From the NCBI RefSeq assembly GCF_965204015.1, contig NZ_OZ241965.1, positions 453,714 through 517,713 on the forward strand: a stretch of 64,000 nt of DNA. The letters run 5' to 3'. Below the pieces are notes generated by a model. The model did no database searches. It was not told the origin of the DNA and saw only the letters and a program-made list of their open reading frames with translations. Each line of letters starts with the position of its first letter. Position 1 is the first letter of the stretch. The position numbers and the translations under genes are program-made. Source of the DNA: Candidatus Poriferisocius sp. GTDB lineage: Bacteria; Actinomycetota; Acidimicrobiia; Acidimicrobiales; Bin134. Below, in pieces: positions 8,158-18,179 of this stretch.

Positions 8158-9810
8158 TTGTACGACTTCATCATTGTCGGAGGCGGCTCTGCTGGCTGTG
8201 CGTTGGCCAACCGACTGAGTGCGGAGGCCGACAACAGCGTTCTGGTGCTGGAAGCAGGGCGGCGGGATTACAAGTGGGATGTGTTCATTCACATGCCCGC
8301 GGCCCTGGCTTTTCCCATCGGCAGTCGCTTCTACGACTGGAAGTACGAGAGCGAGCCCGAGCCCCACATGGGAGGCCGACGGGTCTATCACGCCCGGGGC
8401 AAGGTGCTGGGCGGCTCAAGCTCGATCAACGGCATGATCTTCCAGCGGGGAAACCCCGCCGACTACAACAAGTGGGCCGCCGAACCCGGCATGGAGAACT
8501 GGGACTACCGCCACTGCCTGCCGTACTTCAAGCGCATGGAAACCTGCCTGGCCGGTGGCGACCAATGGCGGGGTGAGGAAGGGCCGCTGGTGTTGGAGCG
8601 GGGGCCGGCCGACAGCCCCCTGTTCACCGCCTTCTTCAAGGCAGTGCAGGAGGCCGGGTACGAACTGACCGACGACGTCAACGGGTACCGCCAGGAGGGC
8701 TTTGCCGCGTTCGACCGCAACGTCCACCGGGGACGGCGGCTCTCGGCGTCGCGGGCCTACCTGCACCCGGTGATGCACCGCAAGAACCTCGAGGTGGAGA
8801 CCGGCACTCTCATCAGCCGGGTGCTGTTCGAGGGCAACCGAGCGGTCGGCGTTGAGTACCGCCGACGGGGACGCCAGCACACCGCCCGGGGGGGGCAGAT
8901 CCTGTTGTGCGCGGGGGCATTCGGCTCAGCCCAACTGCTTCAGCTCTCCGGAGTCGGGCAGGCTGGCCTGCTGGAGTCCTTGGAAATCCCGGTGGTGGCT
9001 GACCGGCCCGGGGTGGGAGAGAACCTCCAAGACCACCTGGAGGTGTACGTCCAGTACGCCTCCAGCCAACCGGTTTCCATGCAGCCCCATCTCAAGCTGT
9101 GGCGCCGGCCCTGGATCGGCCTGCAATGGCTGGCCCGAAAAGGGCCCGGGGCCACCAACCACTTCGAGGGCGGCGGTTTTGTCCGCTCCAACCCCGACGA
9201 GTCCTACCCGAACCTCATGCTCCACTTCCTGCCGTTGGCCATCCGCTACGACGGCTCGTCGCCGAGCAGCGGACACGGCTACCAAGTTCACGTCGGGCCC
9301 ATGTACTCAGACGCCCGGGGCCATCTGCGAATCAAGTCGCTCGACCCCCGGGTGAAGCCGGCGATTCAGTTCAACTACCTCTCCACAGAGCAGGACCGGC
9401 GCGAGTGGGTGGAGACCATCAGAGTTACCCGCAGCATCATGAGCCAACCGGCGTTCGCCGCCTACAACGCGGGCGAGCTGTCACCAGGCCTCGAAGTCGC
9501 CACCGATGACCAAATCATGGACTGGGTCGCCCGCGACGCCGAGACCGCGCTGCATCCCGCGGGGACGGCTCGCATGGGGTGTGATGAACAGTCAGTCGTG
9601 GATCCCGCAACGATGCAGGTTCACGGAACCGAGGGCCTGGCGGTGGTGGACGCCTCGGTGATGCCCACCGTGACCAACGGCAACATCTACGCCCCGGTGA
9701 TGATGATCGCCGAGAAGGCGGCCGACCTCATCTTGGGCAGCCAACCCCTAGCGCCCCAGGATGCCCCGGTCTACTCAGCCGAGTCGATCAAATCCCGGGC
9801 CGCTCCATGA
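8158..9810 (+). CDS. betA: Choline dehydrogenase (GMC oxidoreductase)
   Basis: [56 protein letters not shown]; betaine transporter context. Confidence 0.9.
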   Translation: MYDFIIVGGGSAGCALANRLSAEADNSVLVLEAGRRDYKWDVFIHMPAALAFPIGSRFYDWKYESEPEPHMGGRRVYHARGKVLGGSSSINGMIFQRGNPADYNKWAAEPGMENWDYRHCLPYFKRMETCLAGGDQWRGEEGPLVLERGPADSPLFTAFFKAVQEAGYELTDDVNGYRQEGFAAFDRNVHRGRRLSASRAYLHPVMHRKNLEVETGTLISRVLFEGNRAVGVEYRRRGRQHTARGGQILLCAGAFGSAQLLQLSGVGQAGLLESLEIPVVADRPGVGENLQDHLEVYVQYASSQPVSMQPHLKLWRRPWIGLQWLARKGPGATNHFEGGGFVRSNPDESYPNLMLHFLPLAIRYDGSSPSSGHGYQVHVGPMYSDARGHLRIKSLDPRVKPAIQFNYLSTEQDRREWVETIRVTRSIMSQPAFAAYNAGELSPGLEVATDDQIMDWVARDAETALHPAGTARMGCDEQSVVDPATMQVHGTEGLAVVDASVMPTVTNGNIYAPVMMIAEKAADLILGSQPLAPQDAPVYSAESIKSRAAP

Positions 9811-10388
9811 TCGGAAATCAGGCTGGAGACCAGGTCGATCACCTTGCTGCGTTCCTCCCCGGTGGGCGGCGCCAAACCGAACAGGTCGATGAGCCAGAGC
9901 CCGTCGCCGACGATCCGGGCCAGCAGGGCCCCAACCTCATCGAGCCCGTCGTCATGGCACAGCCGGTCCTGCCAACGCCGAAAAGTGGCCCGAGTGCTGT
10001 CCAGCAGGTCGTCGTCCACGGCGGCCGCGGCCAGAATCGACACCGCTGTGTCGGTGGCCGCCTTGGTCGGCTCCCGCACATAGTCGAGATAGGCCAGCGC
10101 GAACGCTCCCTGGCTGGCCTCGATGCCGTCGGCCAGCACGTTGAGCTCGTGGTCGAGCACTCCCATCACCTGATTGAGCAACCCGACAATCAGAGCGTCT
10201 TTGGAGCCGAAGTGATACAGGAATCCGCCCTTGCTGACACCGGCTCGGGCCGCCACCTTGTCAAGAGTCAGCGACGAGACTCCCTCTTGCTTGATGACGT
10301 CGGTGGCCGCTTGCAGTATCCGGTCGCGGGTCAGCACGGCCCGCTCTTGAACCGGCTGATTTCTGGGCCGCCCGGCAGCTTCTCCCAT
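9771..10388 (-). CDS. TetR-family transcriptional regulator
   Basis: C-terminal part of ORF 9771..11495: TRDRILQAA...[27 protein letters not shown]; ATG at 10388. Confidence 0.88.
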   Translation of the reverse strand: MGEAAGRPRNQPVQERAVLTRDRILQAATDVIKQEGVSSLTLDKVAARAGVSKGGFLYHFGSKDALIVGLLNQVMGVLDHELNVLADGIEASQGAFALAYLDYVREPTKAATDTAVSILAAAAVDDDLLDSTRATFRRWQDRLCHDDGLDEVGALLARIVGDGLWLIDLFGLAPPTGEERSKVIDLVSSLISDHGAARDLIDSAE

Positions 10389-10414
10389 TGCCGGGTCAGG
10401 GTACCCCAAACCAA

Positions 10415-10435
10415 TACCCGTCTGTTCGGACGGTA
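10415..10435. promoter_or_regulatory. Imperfect palindrome between divergent tetR and ABC ATPase genes (candidate TetR operator)
   Basis: tacccgtctgttcggacggta: CCGTC...GACGG arms. Confidence 0.5.
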
Positions 10436-10457
10436 AAGTCTGGTCCGGGGGGCGGCG

Positions 10458-11501
10458 ATGGACACAGCCAGCGAGACAGCCCAAGTCAAGGTCGAAGGCG
10501 TGTGGAAGGTCTTCGGGCGAAAGGCCCGCGAGGCTAGGGCAATGGCCAAGACCGGTGCCTCCCGGGAGGAGATCCAGACCGCCACGGGCAGCGTGGTGGC
10601 CGTTCGCGACATCACCTTCGAGGTGGCCCCGGGTGAGACGTTCGTGGTCATGGGCTTGTCGGGCTCGGGCAAGTCCACCCTCATCCGGTGCGTCTCCCAT
10701 TTGGTGAAGCCCACCGAGGGAAGGGTCAGGCTGTGCGGCACCGAGCTCACCCGGGCCGACAGCGCCACCCTGCGAAACCTGCGCCGCCAGAAGATGGCGA
10801 TGGTGTTCCAGCACTTCGGGCTGTTCCCCCATCGCAAGGTAGTGGACAACGTGGCCTACGGGCTCGAAGTCCAAGGAGTGGATCGCCAAGATCGCCAAGA
10901 TCGGGCCCGGGAACTGCTGGAAACCGTCGGCTTGGACGGCTGGGGCGACCATTACCCCCAACAGCTCAGCGGCGGCATGCAGCAGCGGGTGGGATTGGCC
11001 CGAGCCCTGGCTGTAGACCCCGAGGTGCTGTTCTTCGACGAGCCGTTCTCGGCCCTCGACCCCCTCATTCGCCGGGACATGCAAGATGAGCTGATCGACC
11101 TCCAGATGAAGCTCCAACGGACCCTTGTGTTCATAACCCATGACTTTGCCGAGGCGCTGAAGCTGGCCGACCGCATCGCCATCATGAACGACGGCACCTT
11201 CGTGCAGGTCGGCACCCCGGTGGAGATCCTGACCAATCCGGCAGACGACTACGTGCGGGCGTTCACCCAGGATGCCCCAGTGGCCAAGGTCTTGCAGGCC
11301 TGTTCGCTGATGCGACCCCTCGACGGGACCGCAATCGAACCGGGATGGCCGCAGGTGTCGTTGACCACGCCGTTGGAGACTGCGCTCCCCCACTTGCTCG
11401 GGTCGACCCACCCCGTGGTGGTTTGCGATGAGCACAACACGCCGGTGGGCCTGCTCCACGGAGACGATGTCGCGGGTGTGATTTCTGAGAACCACCCATG
11501 A
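10458..11501 (+). CDS. proV: Glycine betaine/choline ABC transporter ATP-binding protein
   Basis: GLSGSGKST, LSGGMQQRVGLARAL, FDEPFSALDPLIRRDMQDEL, C-terminal CBS-like region. Confidence 0.88.
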   Translation: MDTASETAQVKVEGVWKVFGRKAREARAMAKTGASREEIQTATGSVVAVRDITFEVAPGETFVVMGLSGSGKSTLIRCVSHLVKPTEGRVRLCGTELTRADSATLRNLRRQKMAMVFQHFGLFPHRKVVDNVAYGLEVQGVDRQDRQDRARELLETVGLDGWGDHYPQQLSGGMQQRVGLARALAVDPEVLFFDEPFSALDPLIRRDMQDELIDLQMKLQRTLVFITHDFAEALKLADRIAIMNDGTFVQVGTPVEILTNPADDYVRAFTQDAPVAKVLQACSLMRPLDGTAIEPGWPQVSLTTPLETALPHLLGSTHPVVVCDEHNTPVGLLHGDDVAGVISENHP

Positions 11502-13447
11502 CGGCAGTCGATGAGGCCCGTCGCATGGTCGGCGGGCTTCGAACCGGGACTGACAGTCGCCTGGCGCGCTTCATCCTGGCCGTCGGCACCATAATCGTGC
11601 TGGTACTGGTGTTTCGTCTGTCCACCAATTTCGGCGTCTTCCCCGACGACTGGGACATCGGACTGGCCGATCCCATCGATCGGGCACGGCGGTGGCTGAT
11701 CAACAACCAGACCTCCCATTGGCTGTACACCGCGTTCTTGAACCCCATTACCGACGCCATCGACTGGGGGATCCGCCGTTTGGAATCCATTCTCAAGTGG
11801 TTTCCGTGGTACTCCTACCCGCTGTTCACCGGCCTCGGGCTGTGGTGGACCCGAGGGCGAGTGGCCGGAGTGCTGGGCTTGGCCAGCGTGGCTCTGATCG
11901 GAGTGGTGGACCTCTGGGAGGAGTCCTTCGCAACTCTCGCCCTGATGGGAGTGTCGGTGCTCATCTCCGTGGTCATCGGCATTCCGTTGGGTATAGCGGC
12001 TTGGCGCAGTGACGCGATGGCCAGAGTGGTACGTCCCACCCTGGACGCCATGCAGACCATGCCGGGGTTCGTCTACCTCATCCCGTTCGTGCTGCTGTTC
12101 GGGTTTGGGCGGGTCCCGGCCTTGATCTCCACGGTGATCTTCGCTTTGGCGCCGGTGGTACGGCTCACCGAGGTGGGGTTGCGCACTGTCCCTCAGGTAA
12201 CCGTCGAAGCCTCGGAGATGTTCGGCGCCACCGAACGGCAGACCTTGCGGCTCGTTCGCCTCCCCCAAGCCCGGCCGGCCATTTTCGCGGGGATGAACCA
12301 AACCACGATGCTGGCCATGAGCATGGTGGTCATCGCCGCATTCATCGGCGCTGGTGGCCTGGGTCAAGTGGTGCTGCGGTCCATGCAGAGCATCAACGTG
12401 GGCAAGGCGTCGGAGGCTGGCATCGCCATTGTGATCATGGCCATCATTCTGGACCGCTTCTCCACCGGAATCGCCACCGCGGACCCGGGTCGCGATGCCC
12501 AGACCATTCGGTGGCTGGCCACCGCGGTGTCCGTGGTGGCCGTTGTCGGGGGCTTGCTGGGTCAAAACGAGTTCCCCGAATCACTGAACTGGCAATTCGC
12601 CCCCTATGTGAATGACGCTACCGATTGGGCTCGGGACAACCTTTACGACATCGGCGGATCGGGAATCGGGACCGGCCCGTTCAGCGACTTCGTGACCCTC
12701 GAATTCGTTACCCCGCTTCGCGAACTGCTCTCGAGCGACATCCCGTGGCCGGCCATGATCGGGATCGGAGTCGTCCTTGGCCTGTGGGCCCGGGGCATCC
12801 GTCTGGCCATCGGCATCGGAGCGGCTTTGTTCGCCATCGGGTTCTTGGGCATGTGGGCGCTGTCCATGGATACCTTGGCCCAGACCATCGTGGGGGTGGC
12901 CATCACCTTGGCCATCGGGGTGCCGGTGGGGATCATGACCTCGCACAACGATCTGCTGCGGACCGCCCTCAAACCGGTGTTGGACTTCTTCCAGACCATT
13001 CCCAGTTTCGTGCTGCTGGTGCCGGTGATCACCCTCTTCCACGTGGGCCGCATTCCCGGCATCATCGCCTCGGTGATCTACGCCCTTCCCGCCGCGGTCC
13101 ACTACACCGACCTGGGGCTGCGCCGGGTGCCCTCGGAGATCCACGAGGCGGCCGAGAGCTTCGGCGCCACCCGCAGCCAGCGCCTCCGACGGGTGGAAAT
13201 GCCGCTGGCCGCCCCCGAGCTGATGGTGGCCGTGAACCAGGTGATCATGCTGATCCTGGCCATGGTGGTTATCGCCGGCCTGGTCGGCGGGGGCGGCTTG
13301 GGTTTGGAGGCTGTTCGAGGGCTGCGGCGCAGCGATGCGGTCGGCCGGGGATTCGAAGCCGGCATCGCCATCGTGCTGCTGGCCAGCATCCTTGACCGGC
13401 TTACCCGGGCCATCGCCGACCGTCTCCGCCCTCCCGCCGCGGTCTAG
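11498..13447 (+). CDS. proW: Glycine betaine/choline ABC transporter permease with two fused ProW domains
   Basis: Two copies of P.LD..QT.P.FV.L.P and EA.E.FGAT..Q.L..V..P.A motifs. Confidence 0.85.
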   Translation: MTAVDEARRMVGGLRTGTDSRLARFILAVGTIIVLVLVFRLSTNFGVFPDDWDIGLADPIDRARRWLINNQTSHWLYTAFLNPITDAIDWGIRRLESILKWFPWYSYPLFTGLGLWWTRGRVAGVLGLASVALIGVVDLWEESFATLALMGVSVLISVVIGIPLGIAAWRSDAMARVVRPTLDAMQTMPGFVYLIPFVLLFGFGRVPALISTVIFALAPVVRLTEVGLRTVPQVTVEASEMFGATERQTLRLVRLPQARPAIFAGMNQTTMLAMSMVVIAAFIGAGGLGQVVLRSMQSINVGKASEAGIAIVIMAIILDRFSTGIATADPGRDAQTIRWLATAVSVVAVVGGLLGQNEFPESLNWQFAPYVNDATDWARDNLYDIGGSGIGTGPFSDFVTLEFVTPLRELLSSDIPWPAMIGIGVVLGLWARGIRLAIGIGAALFAIGFLGMWALSMDTLAQTIVGVAITLAIGVPVGIMTSHNDLLRTALKPVLDFFQTIPSFVLLVPVITLFHVGRIPGIIASVIYALPAAVHYTDLGLRRVPSEIHEAAESFGATRSQRLRRVEMPLAAPELMVAVNQVIMLILAMVVIAGLVGGGGLGLEAVRGLRRSDAVGRGFEAGIAIVLLASILDRLTRAIADRLRPPAAV

Positions 13448-13472
13448 AGGGCTACCGCTCCGCCAGCAGGCA

Positions 13473-13997
13473 TCAGCTGCTTTCCTCAATCCACGCCGCG
13501 GTGGCCACCTCCTGTTTGGTCCCGTCAAAGGAGATGCGCTGGGTGGGCTCCACCTCGAGGATGACCCGTCGCGGGGAGTCCAAGAACCGGGCGAAATGCG
13601 CCCGCATCTCTTCATCCCGGTGCAGGGCGGCAGCCAGTTCCGGGTAGAACCAGGCCTTGGTCTCGTCGTCGTCGTGCAGACGGCAGATGCCCTTGTAGGT
13701 CACCGTCTGCCTGCGGGGCACCCCGGCTGCCCCGGTGCTGGTCACCACGACGCATACCCGGTGGTCGCGGCGCACCGCGCCGATGCGGGCCCGCTGGCCG
13801 CTGGCGGTGAGCCAGAACCGCCCCTGGCGCCAGATGAAGCTCATGATGACCCCCACTGGCCACCCCTCCTTGTTGGCCCAGATGAAGGTGCACTCGGTTT
13901 GGGCGGCCAGCATGGCCTCCTCGGCGTCGGTCTCCAACCCCCACCCCGTCACATCTTCGTAGTCGGCCACCGTCTCGGATTGGTGTTCGTCGCTCAT
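13473..13997 (-). CDS. Pyridoxamine 5'-phosphate oxidase-like (split beta-barrel, probably F420-binding) protein
   Basis: ECTFIW...GWPVGVIMS, RRDHRVCVVV, RVILEVEP....SFDG.K. Confidence 0.65.
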   Translation of the reverse strand: MSDEHQSETVADYEDVTGWGLETDAEEAMLAAQTECTFIWANKEGWPVGVIMSFIWRQGRFWLTASGQRARIGAVRRDHRVCVVVTSTGAAGVPRRQTVTYKGICRLHDDDETKAWFYPELAAALHRDEEMRAHFARFLDSPRRVILEVEPTQRISFDGTKQEVATAAWIEESS

Positions 13998-14013
13998 CGG
14001 TGCCTCCGCCCGC

Positions 14014-15570
14014 TCAGCCTGTGGCCATTGTTTGTACTTGGGATCGGGCGATCTTGCCCAGAGGACTGCGGGGAAATGCCTCTACGAAGCAGATCTCGCT
14101 CGGAACCTTGAACGAGGCCAGATTGGCCCGGCACAGGTCGAGCAGGTCTTCTGCCGCCACTTCTACGCCGTTGGCCGACTGCACGAAGGCCACCACCACC
14201 TCGCCGAGGCGGTCGTCGGGCCGACCCACCACACAGCACTCCGCCACCCGGCTGTCGGCCCCCAACACCCGCTCGATCTCGGCGGGATAGATGTTGTTGC
14301 CGCCCCGGATGATCAGCTGGCTGCGTCGCTCCACGATGTACAGCTCGCCGCCGGAGTCGAACCGGCCCAGGTCGCCGGAGTGGACCATGCCGCCCCGCAA
14401 CGTCTCGGCTGACAGTTCGGGGAGTCCCCAATAGCCCAGCATGGTGCGGTACACCCCGGCCCACGGACCGTCTCGACGGGGGCCGAAACAGATCTCCCCC
14501 ACCTCGCCCACCGGCACGGGTTGGTCTTCGTCGTCGAGCACCTGCACCTCCACGTGGGGCAGCGGTCGCCCGCAACTTCCCTCGATGATGGGGCGGCCGA
14601 GGTCTTGGCGGGCCACCAGTGTCGGCCCCTCGGTGAGGGCATAGCTGGTGGCGGGCTTGGCCCCGAACCGCTCCTCGAACAGCAGCTTCACAGATTCGGG
14701 CATCCCCGCTCCCCCCACTCGGGGCTTGGTGACGGTAGCCAGGTCGTCGGGATGAACGTCGGGATGGGTCAGCAGGTCGTAGGCCACCGTTGGCACCACC
14801 GCAAAGTGGGTCACACCCTCCTGTTTGATCCACCGGGCCAGCGATACGGGGTCGTGGCGATCGGCAACGGCGCACGTGGCCAACGCCTGCACGGTTGTCA
14901 GCGGATTGAGGACTTGAAGGTTCAATATCGTCAGCGGCTGGACGCACAGAAACACGTCGTCGGCGTCGTAGCTGCCCCGGACCACGGCTACCGCCCCCGG
15001 CAACAGGGCATTGTGCTGGCTGTGCATCACCCCTTTGGGATTGCCAGTGGTACCTGAGGTGTAGGCGATTGCCGCTACCGCCAGCGGATCGACTTCAGGC
15101 CAGTGGTCGATGGGAGCGGTGGTGGCCAACAGTGACCGCCATTCGTCCAACCCGATGACGCGCCGCGCGCCGACTTCCTCTGAGGGATCGGCAGTCAGAA
15201 AGAGCCTAGGGTCGCAATCGTCGATCAAATGGCGCTTCTCGGGCGGGGCCAGAACAGTGTGGACTCCTACGAACACCGCGCCCCGGGCCCAGATGCCCAT
15301 AAGCACAACCACGACGTCGATGTCGTTGGGCAAGCACACGGCCACCCGGTCGCCAGCCCGCACCCCCAGCTCGGCCAGCACAGCGGCGGTTCGGAAGACC
15401 TCGTCGGCCAACTCTGCGTACGTAAACCGCCCGCTGGCGCCCACGAGCGCGGTCTTCTGGGGTGCCGCGGCCACGGCCCGGTCCAACAACGGGCCCAGCG
15501 ACAGGGGCTGGCTCAAATCGATCGGTGGGGCATCCGGCACCGGCAAGATGGTAGGCGCACAGCGTTCCAT
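14014..15570 (-). CDS. Acyl-CoA synthetase / AMP-binding protein
   Basis: YTSGTTGNPKG, SYALTE, SGDLG, IIRGGNNIYPAEIE, PRSPLGKI. Confidence 0.88.
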   Translation of the reverse strand: MERCAPTILPVPDAPPIDLSQPLSLGPLLDRAVAAAPQKTALVGASGRFTYAELADEVFRTAAVLAELGVRAGDRVAVCLPNDIDVVVVLMGIWARGAVFVGVHTVLAPPEKRHLIDDCDPRLFLTADPSEEVGARRVIGLDEWRSLLATTAPIDHWPEVDPLAVAAIAYTSGTTGNPKGVMHSQHNALLPGAVAVVRGSYDADDVFLCVQPLTILNLQVLNPLTTVQALATCAVADRHDPVSLARWIKQEGVTHFAVVPTVAYDLLTHPDVHPDDLATVTKPRVGGAGMPESVKLLFEERFGAKPATSYALTEGPTLVARQDLGRPIIEGSCGRPLPHVEVQVLDDEDQPVPVGEVGEICFGPRRDGPWAGVYRTMLGYWGLPELSAETLRGGMVHSGDLGRFDSGGELYIVERRSQLIIRGGNNIYPAEIERVLGADSRVAECCVVGRPDDRLGEVVVAFVQSANGVEVAAEDLLDLCRANLASFKVPSEICFVEAFPRSPLGKIARSQVQTMATG

Positions 15571-15594
15571 GCGAGCGACCTCTAATGTCGGGAT

Positions 15595-16614
15595 ATGAGC
15601 CTCTCTATCTCATTCGGCACCGGAAAGGTCCCCGAAGACCTGTCGACCTACGGAGCTTGGGCCCGCCTGGCGGAGGATTGCGGGTTCTCCATGGTCGTCG
15701 CCGGCGATTCTCAGTCGTTGTGGGCCGATCCGTTTATGACCCTCACTGTGGCGGCCAATAACACCGAGAACGCCCTGTTGGCCACCACCGTCACCAACCC
15801 GGTCACCCGTCACCCCGCGGCGGCTGCATCCACCGCCATGGCGCTCCAACAGATCTCCGGGGGGCGGTTCCGCTACGGGATCGCCTCGGGCGACAGCGCG
15901 CTGCTCAACATCGGCGAACGGCCGGCAACAGTGGACTATCTCCGGGACTACACCGCGGCGGTCAAGGCACTCAGCAACGGAGAGACGGCCCGATGGCAGG
16001 GCAGGGACCTGCACATGCGCTGGGGTCCGGCCCCCGTCCCGGTGTGGATCGCCGCTGAGGGCCCCCGCACCCAGTACATGGCCGGACAGATCGCCGACGG
16101 CGTGATCTTGTCCAACAGCCTGCCCGCCGACGTGTGCGAGATCGTACTGGGCAATATCGCCGACGGGGCCCGCTCGGTGGGCCGAGACCCAGACGAGATC
16201 GAGGTGTGGTGGTTTGCCAATCTGCTGTTCGCCGAATCAGAAGAGGCCGGCCTGGAGCAGATCAAGTTCCTGATCGCGGGTACCGCCAACCATGTGTACC
16301 GATTCCACATGGACGGCAAGGGCCTGCCCGAGGACATCAAGCCCAAGGTGGCCGCCATGATGGCCGAGTACGACAGCCGCCATCATGCCTTCGCCGACGG
16401 GGCCAACGTGAACGCCGGACTGGCCGACAAGCACGGCCTGACCGAGTTCCTGGCCAGCCGGGGCACCATCGCCGGCCCTCCTGAATACTGCGTCGACCGA
16501 TTGACCGAGCTAGCCGAGCGGGGCGTGAATCGAATGGTGTTGGCCCAGTTCATGGACGACAAGGAAACCTGGATGCGGGCGTTTGCCCAGCACATCGCCC
16601 CCGTATTCTGCTGA
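15595..16614 (+). CDS. LLM-class (Mer-like) F420-dependent oxidoreductase
   Basis: DSQSLWADPF, VTNPVTRHP, SGGRFRYGI..GDS, PVWIAAEGPR...AGQIADGVI. Confidence 0.8.
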   Translation: MSLSISFGTGKVPEDLSTYGAWARLAEDCGFSMVVAGDSQSLWADPFMTLTVAANNTENALLATTVTNPVTRHPAAAASTAMALQQISGGRFRYGIASGDSALLNIGERPATVDYLRDYTAAVKALSNGETARWQGRDLHMRWGPAPVPVWIAAEGPRTQYMAGQIADGVILSNSLPADVCEIVLGNIADGARSVGRDPDEIEVWWFANLLFAESEEAGLEQIKFLIAGTANHVYRFHMDGKGLPEDIKPKVAAMMAEYDSRHHAFADGANVNAGLADKHGLTEFLASRGTIAGPPEYCVDRLTELAERGVNRMVLAQFMDDKETWMRAFAQHIAPVFC

Positions 16615-16617
16615 GAA

Positions 16618-17226
16618 CTACCCCAAGTTGAGCAAGTGGCCGAGGCGCTGTTCTTTGGTGCGGAGATAGTCCACGTTCTCGCTTCTGGGGGGCACTACCA
16701 GAGGAACCCGGCGGGCGATCTCCAAGCCGAAGGAGGCCAAGCTGTCGAGTTTGGCGGGGTTGTTGGTCATCAGCGCCGCTCGCGTGACCCCCAGCTCGGC
16801 CAGGATGGCCGCTCCGACGCCGTAGTTACGGTCGTCCACCGGCAGGCCGAGCTCCAAGTTGGCGTCCACCGTGTCACGCCCCTGGTCTTGAAGGGCATAG
16901 GCCTGCAATTTGTGCCCGATGCCGATGCCCCTTCCCTCATGGCCCCGCATGTACACCAGCACGCCGGTGCCGCAGGCCGCGATGGCGTCCATGGCCGCGT
17001 GCAACTGAGCCCCGCAGTCGCAGCGAAACGAGCCGAACACATCCCCAGTGAGGCATTCGCTGTGCACCCGCACCAAGACCTCATCGGTGCCCGTTATATC
17101 GCCGAGGGTGAACGCCACATGCTCCACACCGTCGTCCATCGACTCGAAGGCGTGGCAGGCGAATCGCCCCCATTTCATAGGCACCTCGGTGGTGGCTACC
17201 AGCCTGATCTTTGGTTGTTGTCTCAT
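16618..17226 (-). CDS. ribA: GTP cyclohydrolase II
   Basis: LVRVHSECLTGDVFGSFRCDCG, HEGRGIG, DTVDAN, LMTNNP.K, YLRTK..RLGH. Confidence 0.92.
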   Translation of the reverse strand: MRQQPKIRLVATTEVPMKWGRFACHAFESMDDGVEHVAFTLGDITGTDEVLVRVHSECLTGDVFGSFRCDCGAQLHAAMDAIAACGTGVLVYMRGHEGRGIGIGHKLQAYALQDQGRDTVDANLELGLPVDDRNYGVGAAILAELGVTRAALMTNNPAKLDSLASFGLEIARRVPLVVPPRSENVDYLRTKEQRLGHLLNLG

Positions 17227-17292
17227 TAGCTGGCCCTGACAGTACCCCTGCCAGCAGCGAAACTGGCAGCCCAAGCGACATACGCTTTGGCC

Positions 17293-18141
17293 ATGAGGTT
17301 CGGGGTGATGATGCAGACCACCGACCGATCGATGTCGCCGGTGAGGCTGGCTCAGGAGGCAGAGGCCCGAGGCTACGCCTGCATCTACCTGCCCGAGCAC
17401 ACCCATATCCCCACCAGCAGGCGCACGCCGCCTCCCACGGGCGAGGACGAACTGTCGGAGACCTACTTCCGGACCCTTGACCCCTACATTGCGCTAGCCG
17501 CCTGCGCCCAAGCCACCACAACTGTCGGGCTGGGAGTGGGAGTGGCGCTGCCCGCTCAACATGATCCCATCACCTACGCCAAGCAGTGCGCCACCCTCGA
17601 CTGGATGAGCGGAGGCCGTCTGGTGCTGGGAATCGGCTACGGCTGGAACCACGAGGAAATGGAGAACCACGGCATCGATGTCCGCCGACGGCGGGCTCTG
17701 GTCAGAGAGCACATGCTCTGTGCTCAGGCGCTTTGGGGACAGGAAATAGCCGAGTTCCACGGGGAGTTCGTGACCATGGAGCCCTCGTGGAGCTGGCCCA
17801 AGCCCATTCAGCAGCCCCGCATCCGCACCATCATCGGCGCCGCTCCCGGTCCAACGACCTTCGCCCACATCGCCGAGTTCGGCGACGGCTGGATGCCCAT
17901 CGGCGGCGCCGGCATGCGAGCCGCACTGGCCGACTTGGCCCAGGCCATGGCGGCAGTCGGGCGTAGCCTCGACGAACTGGAGCTCATCACCTACGGAACT
18001 CATCCCGACCCCGGCAAGCTGGCCTACTACCGAGACATCGGCATCACCGAAGTGGTGCTGCGGTTCCCCCACGGCGGCTCAGCCGACGAGGTGCTGCCGG
18101 TGCTGGACGACTACACCCGCTGGATCGAAGAGTTCGGGTAA
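17293..18141 (+). CDS. LLM-class F420-dependent oxidoreductase (Rv2161c-like)
   Basis: PEHTHIP, LDPYIALA, SGGRLVLGIGYGWN.EE..HG, WPKPIQ. Confidence 0.85.
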   Translation: MRFGVMMQTTDRSMSPVRLAQEAEARGYACIYLPEHTHIPTSRRTPPPTGEDELSETYFRTLDPYIALAACAQATTTVGLGVGVALPAQHDPITYAKQCATLDWMSGGRLVLGIGYGWNHEEMENHGIDVRRRRALVREHMLCAQALWGQEIAEFHGEFVTMEPSWSWPKPIQQPRIRTIIGAAPGPTTFAHIAEFGDGWMPIGGAGMRAALADLAQAMAAVGRSLDELELITYGTHPDPGKLAYYRDIGITEVVLRFPHGGSADEVLPVLDDYTRWIEEFG

Positions 18142-18179
18142 AGAGGCTGTGCCTGATGGCCCGGCGATAATCCGCCAGG

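Noticed and set aside
10389-11495. Apparent 574-aa TetR fusion protein
   Set aside because: Extension is the antisense shadow of the ABC ATPase; TetR homology starts near 10388
17227-17292. FMN riboswitch upstream of ribA
   Set aside because: Only 66 bp to the divergent gene and no RFN consensus
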